Assembly (NCBI GenBank): GCA_900617105.1
Contig: UYFQ01000199.1
Location: 1 to 43,322 of the forward strand
Direction of reading: 5' to 3'
Source: Hydrurus foetidus
Lineage: Eukaryota
DNA: 43,322 nucleotides
Positions 34,370-43,322 of this stretch are shown here, piece by piece. The first letter of the stretch is position 1, and the number at the start of each line of letters is the position of its first letter. The notes beneath the pieces were generated by a model, which saw only the letters and a list, made by a program, of their open reading frames with translations, made no database searches and was not told where the DNA came from. Made by a program: the position numbers and the translations under genes.

Positions 34370-35044
34370 TCAGGTAGTCCCATTATTTTCCAGCATGTCT
34401 ATTTCCCACTTAATGTTTTCTCTGGCGTTTTTCTCCATCATCAGTTGAAATTCAGCAGTGATAAATATACAACCTTCATTTGCCAGCACTGTCTTCAAGA
34501 ATCCGGAACGACCTGAGTTAAATAAAATGGCATCCACGTGGATGTACTCCTGCCTAATTTGTCTTGCATACAATTCATACTCATCTCTGCTTCTTCCAAG
34601 GATGGACATGTCGCAATCTAGAAAGAGGAGTAAATCTTCGTCGGTTTGATCTGAAGTTTTGTGACTTTTGGTGGCGATGATGTATTTAACAACTTTTTGG
34701 ACAAGCCGTTTATCAAGACTTGCCGAAAGCAGCTCCTCAAATAACAATGCACTATTTTCTTCATTGCGTGATGATGATGGATCGTAAATAATATCGTGAA
34801 AGACGATCGCGAGGAGAATGGCGTTTTGATCTGAAATTTTTGATTTGAGTGGCGACAGCACATTGATCAAGTCGAAAATGTGCTGAAGAGTGTGGTAGAA
34901 TCTGTGGGGTTCGCAATAATGTGCTTCTATGATACTCCAAACTTTTTCCTCAATGTCGCGAGGAACACACAGCTCATGTCTGCAAATTGATTCCCAGGTT
35001 ACTTTGACCCCTAAGTTTGCAGACATCGGCGACAAATTTGCCAT
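34370..35044 (-). CDS. HD-superfamily predicted metal-dependent phosphohydrolase (COG4339-like)
   Basis: HRFYHTLQHI, FHDIIYDP, NEENSA, ATKSH, FLDCDMSILG and IRQEY. Intronless. Confidence 0.9.
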   Translation of the reverse strand: MANLSPMSANLGVKVTWESICRHELCVPRDIEEKVWSIIEAHYCEPHRFYHTLQHIFDLINVLSPLKSKISDQNAILLAIVFHDIIYDPSSSRNEENSALLFEELLSASLDKRLVQKVVKYIIATKSHKTSDQTDEDLLLFLDCDMSILGRSRDEYELYARQIRQEYIHVDAILFNSGRSGFLKTVLANEGCIFITAEFQLMMEKNARENIKWEIDMLENNGTT

Positions 35045-35389
35045 GAAAGCAGCGATGATGAATTACTGCAGTACGACTGATGGTAAACGATTCCAGATTA
35101 CACCAGCGATTGATCCGGAAAGCATCTTTGCCGGTACCGACAAAGTAGGAAGGAGATCTCTGGATTCGTTTATAGAGATGATTGGTGGAGATGAAGTCTA
35201 CTGTCCTCTTTAAGCAGAATTTCTTCGCTAGATTTTCAAACGCGCCTTCACAGCTCACCTGCGGCTCTATCGGATCTGGTGATATCGATCACCTAACTTA
35301 CTACTTCGAAGCCTGAACTTCCAGCTGTAAGCACAGCAGGACTATGTTGGAGTATCCGGAGAAAAGACACTGCTGTAGTCGGAGCCGAA

Positions 35390-35928
35390 ATCCAGCCTCG
35401 CGACCCAGCCCCTTGAGCCAGCATTTTATTTGGTCGTCGGATCGAGCGCGAATTTTTTGTGGAATTTTTTTTCTGAACTGAAACCTCGACCTAACCCTAA
35501 TCTGATTGTAACTGAACCCTAACGCAGCAATCGCCACCGAACCCTAACTCAGCAATTGCCACTGAACCCTAACTCAGCAACTGCCACCTAACCCTAACTC
35601 AGTACGACAAACATTCAATTTTCTTTCCAGAATCCTTGCCGTGAACCCTAACCTTATCGTAACTGAACCCTAATTTAGCGACTGCAACCAAAATCCAATT
35701 TTGACGTCGAAGAGCGGTAACTGAGCCAGAAGTCCTCACAAAATGTTGAAAAAAATTCTACCAGCTCGATCCCGCGACCAAAAGAGTTAAGAGAAGCGCC
35801 TGGCCACTTGGCCAACAGTGCCCAGCTGGATTTTTCTCGAGAAAAAATACTCGAATTTGTGATAAATTCGCGCTCGATCCGACGACCAAAAAAATGCTGA
35901 CTCAAAGGGCTGGGTCGCGAGGCTGGAT
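35390..35928. mobile_element. Non-autonomous TIR element (MITE-like, ~540 bp) with ~65-bp terminal inverted repeats
   Basis: ATCCAGCCTCGCGACCCAGCCC...GGTCGTCGGATCGAGCGCGAATTT at 35390-35455 is the near-perfect reverse complement of 35864-35928. No coding capacity. TSD ambiguous. Confidence 0.85.
35511..35602 (+). repeat. 25-bp tandem repeat (3.7 copies) containing telomere-like AACCCTAA
   Basis: Units ACTGAACCCTAAC(G/T)CAGCAA..GCC start at 35511, 35536, 35561 and 35586. Confidence 0.9.
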
Positions 35929-35941
35929 AATCTTTCCGTGC

Positions 35942-36230
35942 TGTAGTTGTATAGTATATGTGTGGATCCTGACGGTCAGCGGTGTGCATCCTGGGGATGT
36001 GGACTCTGGACCGTTGGTTGTATGGGCTCATGGAGCCATCCATTCATCTATCTTCAACATGGATAGAACATGTGCAATTGCCTAGATATGTAAAGCTTCG
36101 TTGCCGTCTTGATTGATGCCGGTGCACAAGTTTAATTATCAAGTAATTACACAGTACAAGTCTATTTTACGAGCCTTGGGTCACCGGTAGCAAGAGTCAC
36201 TAAGCATCCGGACTTAGAGAAAGCCCAACA
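35942..36230 (+). repeat. Inferred 5' LTR of Copia element 2 (TGTAGT...CAACA, ~289 bp)
   Basis: Same terminal motifs as element 1 and lies 25 nt before the gag ATG. Partner LTR not in the window. Confidence 0.7.
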
Positions 36231-36240
36231 TAATTAAACT
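36231..36240 (+). promoter_or_regulatory. Putative primer-binding site TAATTAAACT (complementary to LTR 36129-36138)
   Basis: Abuts CAACA and is the exact reverse complement of AGTTTAATTA in the LTR. Confidence 0.65.
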
Positions 36241-36255
36241 AAGCAGCGCACCGAG

Positions 36256-37673
36256 ATGCCGCCGAAGAAACTAGAAGAACCAAAATCAGGTGCAGAGCCG
36301 TGCATGCTGAAATTTGGGCGTTACAACAACGTGGTTCAGTGGAGGGAAGATATGCAGAACGAGGCATGCGGCCTCTACGGGATGACGGGCACGTTCTTCA
36401 CCACCAACAAGAGTTACGCCCATCCGTATCCTCGCGAGGAGGACTACAACCCCACCTTTCTAACGGTGGAAATTGATACCCCGACAGCGGGTACCGAAAA
36501 CGAAGACGAGGAAGACGAGTCCGTAGACTTCGAAAATGTCATGATCGGGCCACAGCTTCCTCCAGAGCCCTCTGTCGTGTACTCCGAGGCACTTATCGAC
36601 AGGCTGAGAGCCAATGCGTTCGAGGGACGCCGCAAGGCAGTAGAGACTCAAAAAGTCGACGAGCAAAAGCTCTTCCCACTCATGTGGTCGAGAATGTCGA
36701 CGGGGTCCAAATCCAAGGTGCGCGAGGAACCAGGATTCGAAGCGGCCCGTCTCAGACTTGACAGTGTGAAACTGTGGGAGTACATTCGTAGGAGCCACTT
36801 AACTCACGTCTACGGAGAAGATGATTGAATGAGAGCAATGAACGTTCACGAGCAAACGATTAGGTACAACTACCTCAGACAAGGTGAACGTGAAATAATA
36901 GGCGATTTCAAGACACGCTTCGACAATCAGGTATTAGCCAACAGAGGTGTTGGCATGACTGAAGTAGAAGAACCGATTAGAGCAATCGACTTCCTCAGTA
37001 AGTTAGACCCGAAAAGGTATACCGGTATGTTGACACTGATGCGTAACAACGCTGTACAAAACCTGCCGAATAGTTTCCCTTCTACCTTAGCCGGAGCCTA
37101 CAGGGTAGCGTCATCCTGGACCAGCTCGGGCGGCGGAGTCCCCCTCGGAGCCGAGCAACATTCCGCATTCCTCACTGACTCTTTGATAGGCACAAAGGAA
37201 AAAGTCCCGGGAAAAGGATCGAAGGGGAAGACAGCGGGGACGAAGAAGAAAGTATCGTCAGTGATATGTTTCGTTTGCGGAAAGACGGGTCATTTCGCAA
37301 GAGATTGTGATCAACGCAAAGATGGAGAGCACGCTCTACTCACCAGCGTTGAAGAAGATATTGAGGAGGACGACGAGAGCATAGAAGCAGCCTTCGTCGC
37401 GACAGACGTAGTCGTACTTTTCACTCGCAATCACGTGCTTCTAGGCAACCAAGATTCGGTTAACATCTTTTGCAACCCAAGCCTTCTCACGGATATTAGG
37501 AAATCGCAACACGCGATCCTGTTTAATGGAGTACAGTCCGAAGCGCATGGAGTCAGAGTCGATCAAGAAGGAGACTTTGGCGAGATTGGACCTGTCTACT
37601 TCAGTCGTGGGGCAACGGCCAACATACTGTCCTTCGCCGCCATGGCAGACAGCGGAGCAGACATCAGCTACTA
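36256..37673 (+). pseudogene. gag-pol: Copia gag-protease, single frame with one in-frame TGA (36826-36828) and a degenerate protease active site
   Basis: ORFs 36256..36828 and 36829..37692 are contiguous in one frame. LLGNQ occurs where LLD is expected. Confidence 0.85.
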
Positions 37674-37942
37674 TGGTCATAACGGGGCCTAGGACGGAGG
37701 ACGGAGGTTTCGATAGTTGACGGAGGATTAAAGACGGAGGCGTGGGACACGAGAAGACGTTGCTAGGAGGGATAACGTTGTGTTTATAGTTTACAGTTAA
37801 AGGATAGGTGATGTACAGTCTCCTAACAGGGCGGGAGATCTATGTAGAACTAAGACCTAAAACTGGAATCTGGGCGTATTGTACCTATTGTACCTAGTTA
37901 ACCTAGACACATTGTATCCACCTAGGGATGCATAAGGCTACA
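37674..37942 (-). repeat. Gypsy 3' LTR (TGTAG...GACCA, 269 bp)
   Basis: Matches 43116-43322 with about 5 differences over ~207 nt by eye. Starts with TG immediately after the PPT. Contains four GACGGAGG copies. Confidence 0.92.
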
Positions 37943-37962
37943 CTACCCCTTCTTCCTTTTTT
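37943..37962 (-). promoter_or_regulatory. Polypurine tract AAAAAAGGAAGAAGGGGTAG
   Basis: Purine run directly upstream of the 3' LTR TG on the minus strand. Confidence 0.88.
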
Positions 37963-38142
37963 GAAAATCAACACCAATATGTGTTAGAGAAAAAAAGTAT
38001 ATGTATATATATATAGCGTATAAAAACTTGAAACGATTATGTCAGACTTTTACTGACTAAACTCTCCAAAAAAGACCCGTAGGTAAAAAAAATGGGAGAG
38101 AATCCTCATGGATAAAGTTTCAAGGATATATGTATATAAAAG

Positions 38143-39909
38143 TCAACGATGTTGTTTATTGATTAAATTGGTCATACTATTATGACGTAAATAATCATGA
38201 AGTTTAACAACGTCACGAAGACTTGAATAAGGTTCCCAAGTGTTTTTGTCAGAAGGGTAATTTAACCACTTGACTAAAAACTCTATGTGGGTGCGTTGAT
38301 GTTTACCACGATGTTCAAGAATATCTTCAACGAAGTATTCCATGTGATCACGTCGTGCAACATCTAACGGATTTGTGATTGATGAGTCAAATAGAAAAGG
38401 TTTCATGGAAGATACATGAAATTCTGATGTTTTCTGAGTGACGAGATCATATAAAGTGTAACGCGAATTTTCGCCACTAACGACTTTTAATGGACCTCTC
38501 CAATGCGTGTGAAGACGTGAAGGAGGTGATCCATCGCGATAGTGCACCAAGACATAAGAGTCTTTTGGATACTCTACATGTTGAAAGATTTGAGACTGAC
38601 TTTGATGAAGCAAATCTGTGCGAAGAAGTTCTTTAGCAGAAGCTTTAAGAAGGCTTTCTTGCGTTTTGAGCAGATTGCTCATACGCTTTGACAAAGGTTT
38701 GTCATCAGTAACGTTTCGCTCAGCAGGAGGTAAAAAAATACCTCTGTCGAGTTTCAGTACATTTCCGAAAAGAAGTTGAGAAGCTGATATCTTTAAACGA
38801 TCACTGTGGTTAGAATTTAAAATTCGTTGCACAAAAGGAAGTGATGTTTTATAATCTTCTAGTGTGACATTATCGAATGTTAATGCACGAAGATGTCTAT
38901 TAACTTCTTTATTCATGCGCTCAACAATAGCATTTTCTTCTTTAGAGTATGCTAAAGTAAGACAATGTTGAGTGCCAATAAGAGTTAGAAACTCTTTGAT
39001 AACTTCGGAAATGAAGTGTGGCCCATTATCAGAACGGAGTTGGAGAGGTGCGCCGAAACGACCGAAATGTTGCAAGAGGCATTTAGCTGTTGAAAGTGCC
39101 GTAGCATCTTCTGTATGAAACAGTTCAACCCATCTTGTGAACGTATCGATAATTACGAGTACGTACCCGCCGTCTGGAAACGGTCCTATGAAGTCTATGT
39201 TAAGGCATTCCATAGGTGTGTAAGTAGAAGTCGAGAAGCCATGAGCATTTATTGGTATCTTTAACATACTCATCTTCTGACAACACGAACAGTGATCTAT
39301 GAACCACCTGACATGCTGTCGCATATATTGCCAACTTTCATTATTATCTTTGAGACGCTTTAGAGTGCGCTCTAGACCGAAATGTCCAACTTGTGAGTTG
39401 TGTACTTTACTGATAATATTGTACTGCTCACGTGTTAGTTTAAATTTCTCAATAATATTAGCAGACATGATTGCATCAGGAGTATATTCCTGAGGGAAAT
39501 CAACCATGTTATTGCGACAGAGTCGAGACATCGAATCAGCTATATCATTGTTAGATCCAGGTATATACTCAATCTTAAATGAATATTCGGATAAGGCCAT
39601 AAACCACCGAACAATCATTGGATTTGAATTATCCTTGATGTATAACAAGTTACGATGATCTGTTCGTAATGTAAACAAACGATCACGTAATAGCGATTTT
39701 AAATACGTGCACGAATAAAAGATAGCATATGCTTCTTTCTGTATAACAGCCCAACGAAGCTGAGCTTTGTTAAGTGATTTACTGACAAATGCTATGGGCG
39801 TCTCTTGACCGTCAACTAACTGGAAAAGATAGGCACCTACACCGTAGTCCGATGCATCAGTGTGCAAGTAAATCGGATCGGTGTCACTAAAAAGTGCATA
39901 GTCGTGCAT
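38143..39909 (-). CDS. pol: Gypsy pol C-terminal part: RNase H, integrase, chromodomain
   Basis: TDASDYGVGA, QKEAYAI, H..GHFG...CSCCQK, IDFIGP, SDNG, VERMN; chromodomain YFVEDIL...FLVKWLNY...NTWEP. Confidence 0.95.
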   Translation of the reverse strand: MHDYALFSDTDPIYLHTDASDYGVGAYLFQLVDGQETPIAFVSKSLNKAQLRWAVIQKEAYAIFYSCTYLKSLLRDRLFTLRTDHRNLLYIKDNSNPMIVRWFMALSEYSFKIEYIPGSNNDIADSMSRLCRNNMVDFPQEYTPDAIMSANIIEKFKLTREQYNIISKVHNSQVGHFGLERTLKRLKDNNESWQYMRQHVRWFIDHCSCCQKMSMLKIPINAHGFSTSTYTPMECLNIDFIGPFPDGGYVLVIIDTFTRWVELFHTEDATALSTAKCLLQHFGRFGAPLQLRSDNGPHFISEVIKEFLTLIGTQHCLTLAYSKEENAIVERMNKEVNRHLRALTFDNVTLEDYKTSLPFVQRILNSNHSDRLKISASQLLFGNVLKLDRGIFLPPAERNVTDDKPLSKRMSNLLKTQESLLKASAKELLRTDLLHQSQSQIFQHVEYPKDSYVLVHYRDGSPPSRLHTHWRGPLKVVSGENSRYTLYDLVTQKTSEFHVSSMKPFLFDSSITNPLDVARRDHMEYFVEDILEHRGKHQRTHIEFLVKWLNYPSDKNTWEPYSSLRDVVKLHDYLRHNSMTNLINKQHR

Positions 39910-41570
39910 TTAGAAATCTCGGATTTGATCAAATTGAATGCTCTGAGAGCTTCTATTGTCCAAGTTATTTTCTTATACTTATTATAGTTAAGAAGCAACT
40001 GATGTAACGGGTATACAACAGTAGAAGCGTTTCTAACAAAGTCGTGAAAATAATTAACCAATCCTAAAAAACTTTTAAGTTGTTTAGATAGTACTGGTTT
40101 AGGAAAATCTAAGACAGTCCGTATTTTTCTTGTGACATTCTAAGTCCATCCGCAGATAGAACTTTGCCAACATAGTCTATTTCGGCATAGCCTAGATAAC
40201 ACTTATTCGGTTTAAGGAATATTTTGTGTTTTCTAAAGCGTTCAAAACAAGACGAAGTCTAGAAATGAGTTCATCAATGTCTTTACCGAAAACATTGCAA
40301 TCATCGATGTACATTTCGCATATAGAGTATATCAGACCTGCTAACACAACAGTCGTCATGATCTGTTGGAAATAGGAGGGAGCTTGTTTTGGCCCAAAGG
40401 GTAAACGAGTGAATTGATATACTCCGCAGAAAAGTATGAATGCAGTAAAGCACGTGCAGCGAGTGTAAGTGGTGCTTGATGATAACCTTGAGTGAGGTCA
40501 AGTACAGCAAACACTTTTGCTTTATGTGCACCTATTCTACGCAACATCTCACCGATGTGTGGAATAGGATGTGATTTATCTTCGGTACAATTGTTGAGAT
40601 TCCGAAAATCAATACACATGCGCTTAGTTCCATCAGATTTTGGAACTAGTAAAACTTGGCTATAATAAGCCGCGTTTGATTTTTCAACAATATTATGTTT
40701 TTCAAGTTTGTTAATCTGACTAAGAATGTCAGCTTGATCAACTGTTGATTTAGACCATGGAGGTTGTCTATTTCTAGGGACTCTCCATTGGTCGTCATTG
40801 ACATGAAAGTCAAAAGGTGGAATATCAGCAGGAGTGGCCGAAAGTTCACTGCTAAATATATCCTTGAATTCGTTTACTAGTAATCGAAGTTTATTTTTCT
40901 GATCTTCATCACCTGCTAAGTTTATTAGCGAGAGTGGGTCAGTATCAGGAAACTCATCTATCCAAGGTGAAAACGAGTCCTTGATCGAGTCGTCGATTTC
41001 ATCCTCATCAGGGGGCACAGACTCAAAAAGTCTTTCAGACTCTTGTATTAGTGAGGCTAGAATAACGTGTGTTTGAGTGACTGCCGGTTTCACCTTTTGG
41101 GTTAAAGGATCGACTTTTGGGGAGCCGTCGGAGGGTAGCAAATTCTCCTTAGGCTGACAGCCACACGTTATATCCACCTGCTCAGAAGATAAAACTTCCG
41201 CTAACGGGATTGTGCTTGATGAAGCATTGGCAGATATCTGATCTGGGAATCGTGAAAACAAATTCAATTCGCGAATTGATTTTCGTCCCACTATTAGATC
41301 AAATTTTGAATCGTTTAAAACATAAGCCGTGATTTGAAAAGTATAATGATTATTTAAATCAGGGCAAAAATAAGAAAGAGTTAAGTCTATAGTGTCAGAA
41401 ATATCATAACAATGATTATCTAGTCCACTACAAACTTTACACAATTTCTCTGAAGAGTTAGAAACGAATTGTGTGAAATTATGATTAGTTATAATGCGGC
41501 GATGTATAAAGTTGCCAGCAAAAGAGCCGGTGTCCAGGAGAGTAAAGACTCTATTACTTTTTTCCAGCAT
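39837..41570 (-). pseudogene. pol: Gypsy protease and reverse transcriptase, broken by several frameshifts
   Basis: LLDTGS, RMCIDFRNLN, LDLTQGYHQ, YIDD and FLGLVNYF are spread over different frames. Confidence 0.9.
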
Positions 41571-41641
41571 AACCTCCTGTGAGAGGGGAGATATGAAGAA
41601 AGGAATAAGTTCTGGATCATCGGAAAGAATAGATGATGAAT

Positions 41642-43011
41642 TTAGGTTGCATAGTTGCTCACCCTTGTGTTTCTTCGCTGGGTTTGTCGAGTCTGCTGTT
41701 GAAGTAGCAGGTTTTGACGAAGAGGAAGAGGAGAAGAGGAAGACGATGAAGAAGAGGTCGATGGCTTAGGTAAAGTTGGAATAAACTTAGCCTTTGAATC
41801 GACTTTCAACAACTGCTTATGACCCTCAGAGTTAATGTAGGGTGTCTGTACTATTATAGTACGGAGACGTAGTGTAGAAACACGTGGCGACGAAATGGCC
41901 AAGTCTCCCACAACCTGTGCACAGAGGTCTTTCGAATTTGTCAGACTTGTCTGATTGCACAGATTGCTCGTCCTCTCGTGGACGTTTTTTGATTTTGTCC
42001 TGAGAGGAACGAGCAGGAGCTTTGATTTGGCGAGAGTTATCACCATACAAAGGAGAGACATCAATGAACCGTAAGGCATCAATTGATTCTCGTAGCTTAG
42101 CAAGCTGCGCAAGCCATACGAATCGGAAGTCTTCGATTGTAATGAGTCTTGGCGTTGTATTGTTAAGACTACGCTGTAACACTGCTCTCCAATTGATAGG
42201 TTCGACAGGCAACTTATCGATGAGAATTTTGGTTGCCTGAAGTTGGAGAGCGGGTGTTGCATCAGGGAATCCATCAACAATATCAGCTAAAAGCTGATCT
42301 GTCTTGTCTTCCACTGATTTATTCTTCAGGTCGAATTGAAGTGCGACCTGAGAAACAGTTTCAATGAAGCTCAGCTTGTCAGTTCGATTGACAGCTGATG
42401 TAGGAACTGTGAGATTGAGTTCTCTACAGAACAATTGATTCGACCAATGTTTCCAATTGTTACAGGAGTCGCGACGATCGGGATCGGTCGCAAACTTACG
42501 CTTGAGAAGCGTTGTAAACGATTGATGGTTGGAAACATGGACTACGTCAACTGGTTTAAATGGAGTTCCATTTGAAAGGAGGACCTCCATTACCCGTAGT
42601 ACTTCCTGACGAGAGGGCACGGCGCTCAACTTAGGAGCTCTCTCACCCGTCTGCACATATTGCTGGGGTGGTGCCATCGTCCTTGGAATAGGATTCTCAG
42701 CAATAGCTGGTGTCGCAGCCAAAGCTGGTGTCGCAGCCGAAGCTGGTTGCAATGACAAAGCAGATAACGCAGAAATGACAGGAATATCAATGACAGACAT
42801 GACCGCAGGCTCCGAATTCCGCTGAGGAATCGGTGCAGACAGGTCGCCGGCGGGTCCTGAGCCGCAGGTGGCCCAGGAGACTCGAAATCTCCGCCACGAT
42901 TGTGGTGCTCATCATAACGTTGTCGGAAGGCGACGGCAACAGCTCGAGGTTGCTGTTGTCGACGAGGGCATTGATGGAACTGGTCTTCTTTTCCTGGCGA
43001 CGTACCGCCAT
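41642..43011 (-). pseudogene. gag: Gypsy gag with CTGCGRLGHFVATC knuckle, split over frames
   Basis: ORF 41832..42800 carries the knuckle; flanking frames (ATG at 43011; 41642 frame) probably continue it. Confidence 0.75.
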
Positions 43012-43115
43012 AACTTTAGCTTGATGGGGAATGTTGGAAGGAGTCGAAGGTAACAGTTGTAGAGAGAATAGAATTTCTCGGAGGAAACTTCGGTGACGAC
43101 CGAATATCGATATTA

Positions 43116-43322
43116 TGGTCTGAACGGGGCCTAGGACGGAGGACGGAGGTTCGATAGTTGACGGAGGATTAAAGACGGAGGCGTGGGACACGAGAAGACG
43201 TTGCTAGGAGGGATAACGTTGTGATTATAGTTTACAGTTAAAGGATAGGTGATGTACAGTCTCCTAACAGGGCGGGAGATCTATGTAGAACTAAGACCTA
43301 AAACTGGAATCTGGGCGTATTT
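43116..43322 (-). repeat. Gypsy 5' LTR, partial (runs off the window)
   Basis: Direct repeat of 37674-37880. Confidence 0.92.

Larger units (their letters stand above)
35942..37673 (+). mobile_element. Second CoDi-like Copia LTR retrotransposon (LTR-gag-protease), interrupted by a Gypsy insertion
   Basis: Gag knuckle CFVCGKTGHFARDC; degenerate protease LLGNQDSVNIF...ANILSF homologous to element 1. Reading stops at the Gypsy LTR. Confidence 0.9.
37674..43322 (-). mobile_element. Ty3/Gypsy chromodomain-containing LTR retrotransposon, near full length, frameshifted
   Basis: Paired LTRs; domain order gag(CCHC)-PR(LLDTGS)-RT(YIDD at 40311-40300)-RNase H(TDASDYG)-IN(HHCC, DDE)-chromodomain; polypurine tract. 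Confidence 0.97.

Noticed and set aside
35490..35673. True telomere or CRISPR-like array
   Set aside because: Motifs are dispersed inside a TIR element, the tandem units have no unique spacers, and the context is eukaryotic with no cas genes.
37843..37942. 100-bp mini-LTR with perfect TGTAG...CTACA ends
   Set aside because: The direct repeat shared with 43116-43322 extends ~170 bp further and includes the TATA-like motif, so the LTR is ~269 bp.

Overview
Eukaryotic, intron-containing genomic DNA, most likely a flagellated stramenopile (chrysophyte/ochrophyte-like; inferred from gene content and diatom CoDi-like Copia elements). The central region holds host genes: a 16 x 40-aa helical-repeat/RAP protein, a Ser/Pro-rich orphan, DUF1348, a homoserine O-acyltransferase (MetX/Met2), a calcyphosin-like EF-hand protein, a CEP164-like protein, RNase P subunit POP4/RPP29, a PKA-like pseudokinase and an HD phosphohydrolase. 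Mobile elements are a CoDi-like Copia 5' half (1-3170, minus), an internally deleted hAT with TIRs and an 8-bp TSD (29064-30751), a TIR element with telomere-like repeats (35390-35928), and a second CoDi-like Copia (35942-37673) interrupted by a chromodomain Gypsy (37674-end). Main observation: neither Copia element has a tRNA-type primer-binding site. In both, the 10-11 nt directly after the LTR end are perfectly complementary to a motif inside their own LTR, with a second 6-bp helix at conserved spacing, and the sequences differ between the elements while pairing is kept. This is the architecture of Tf1-type self-priming, which I know only from Gypsy chromoviruses, not Copia.
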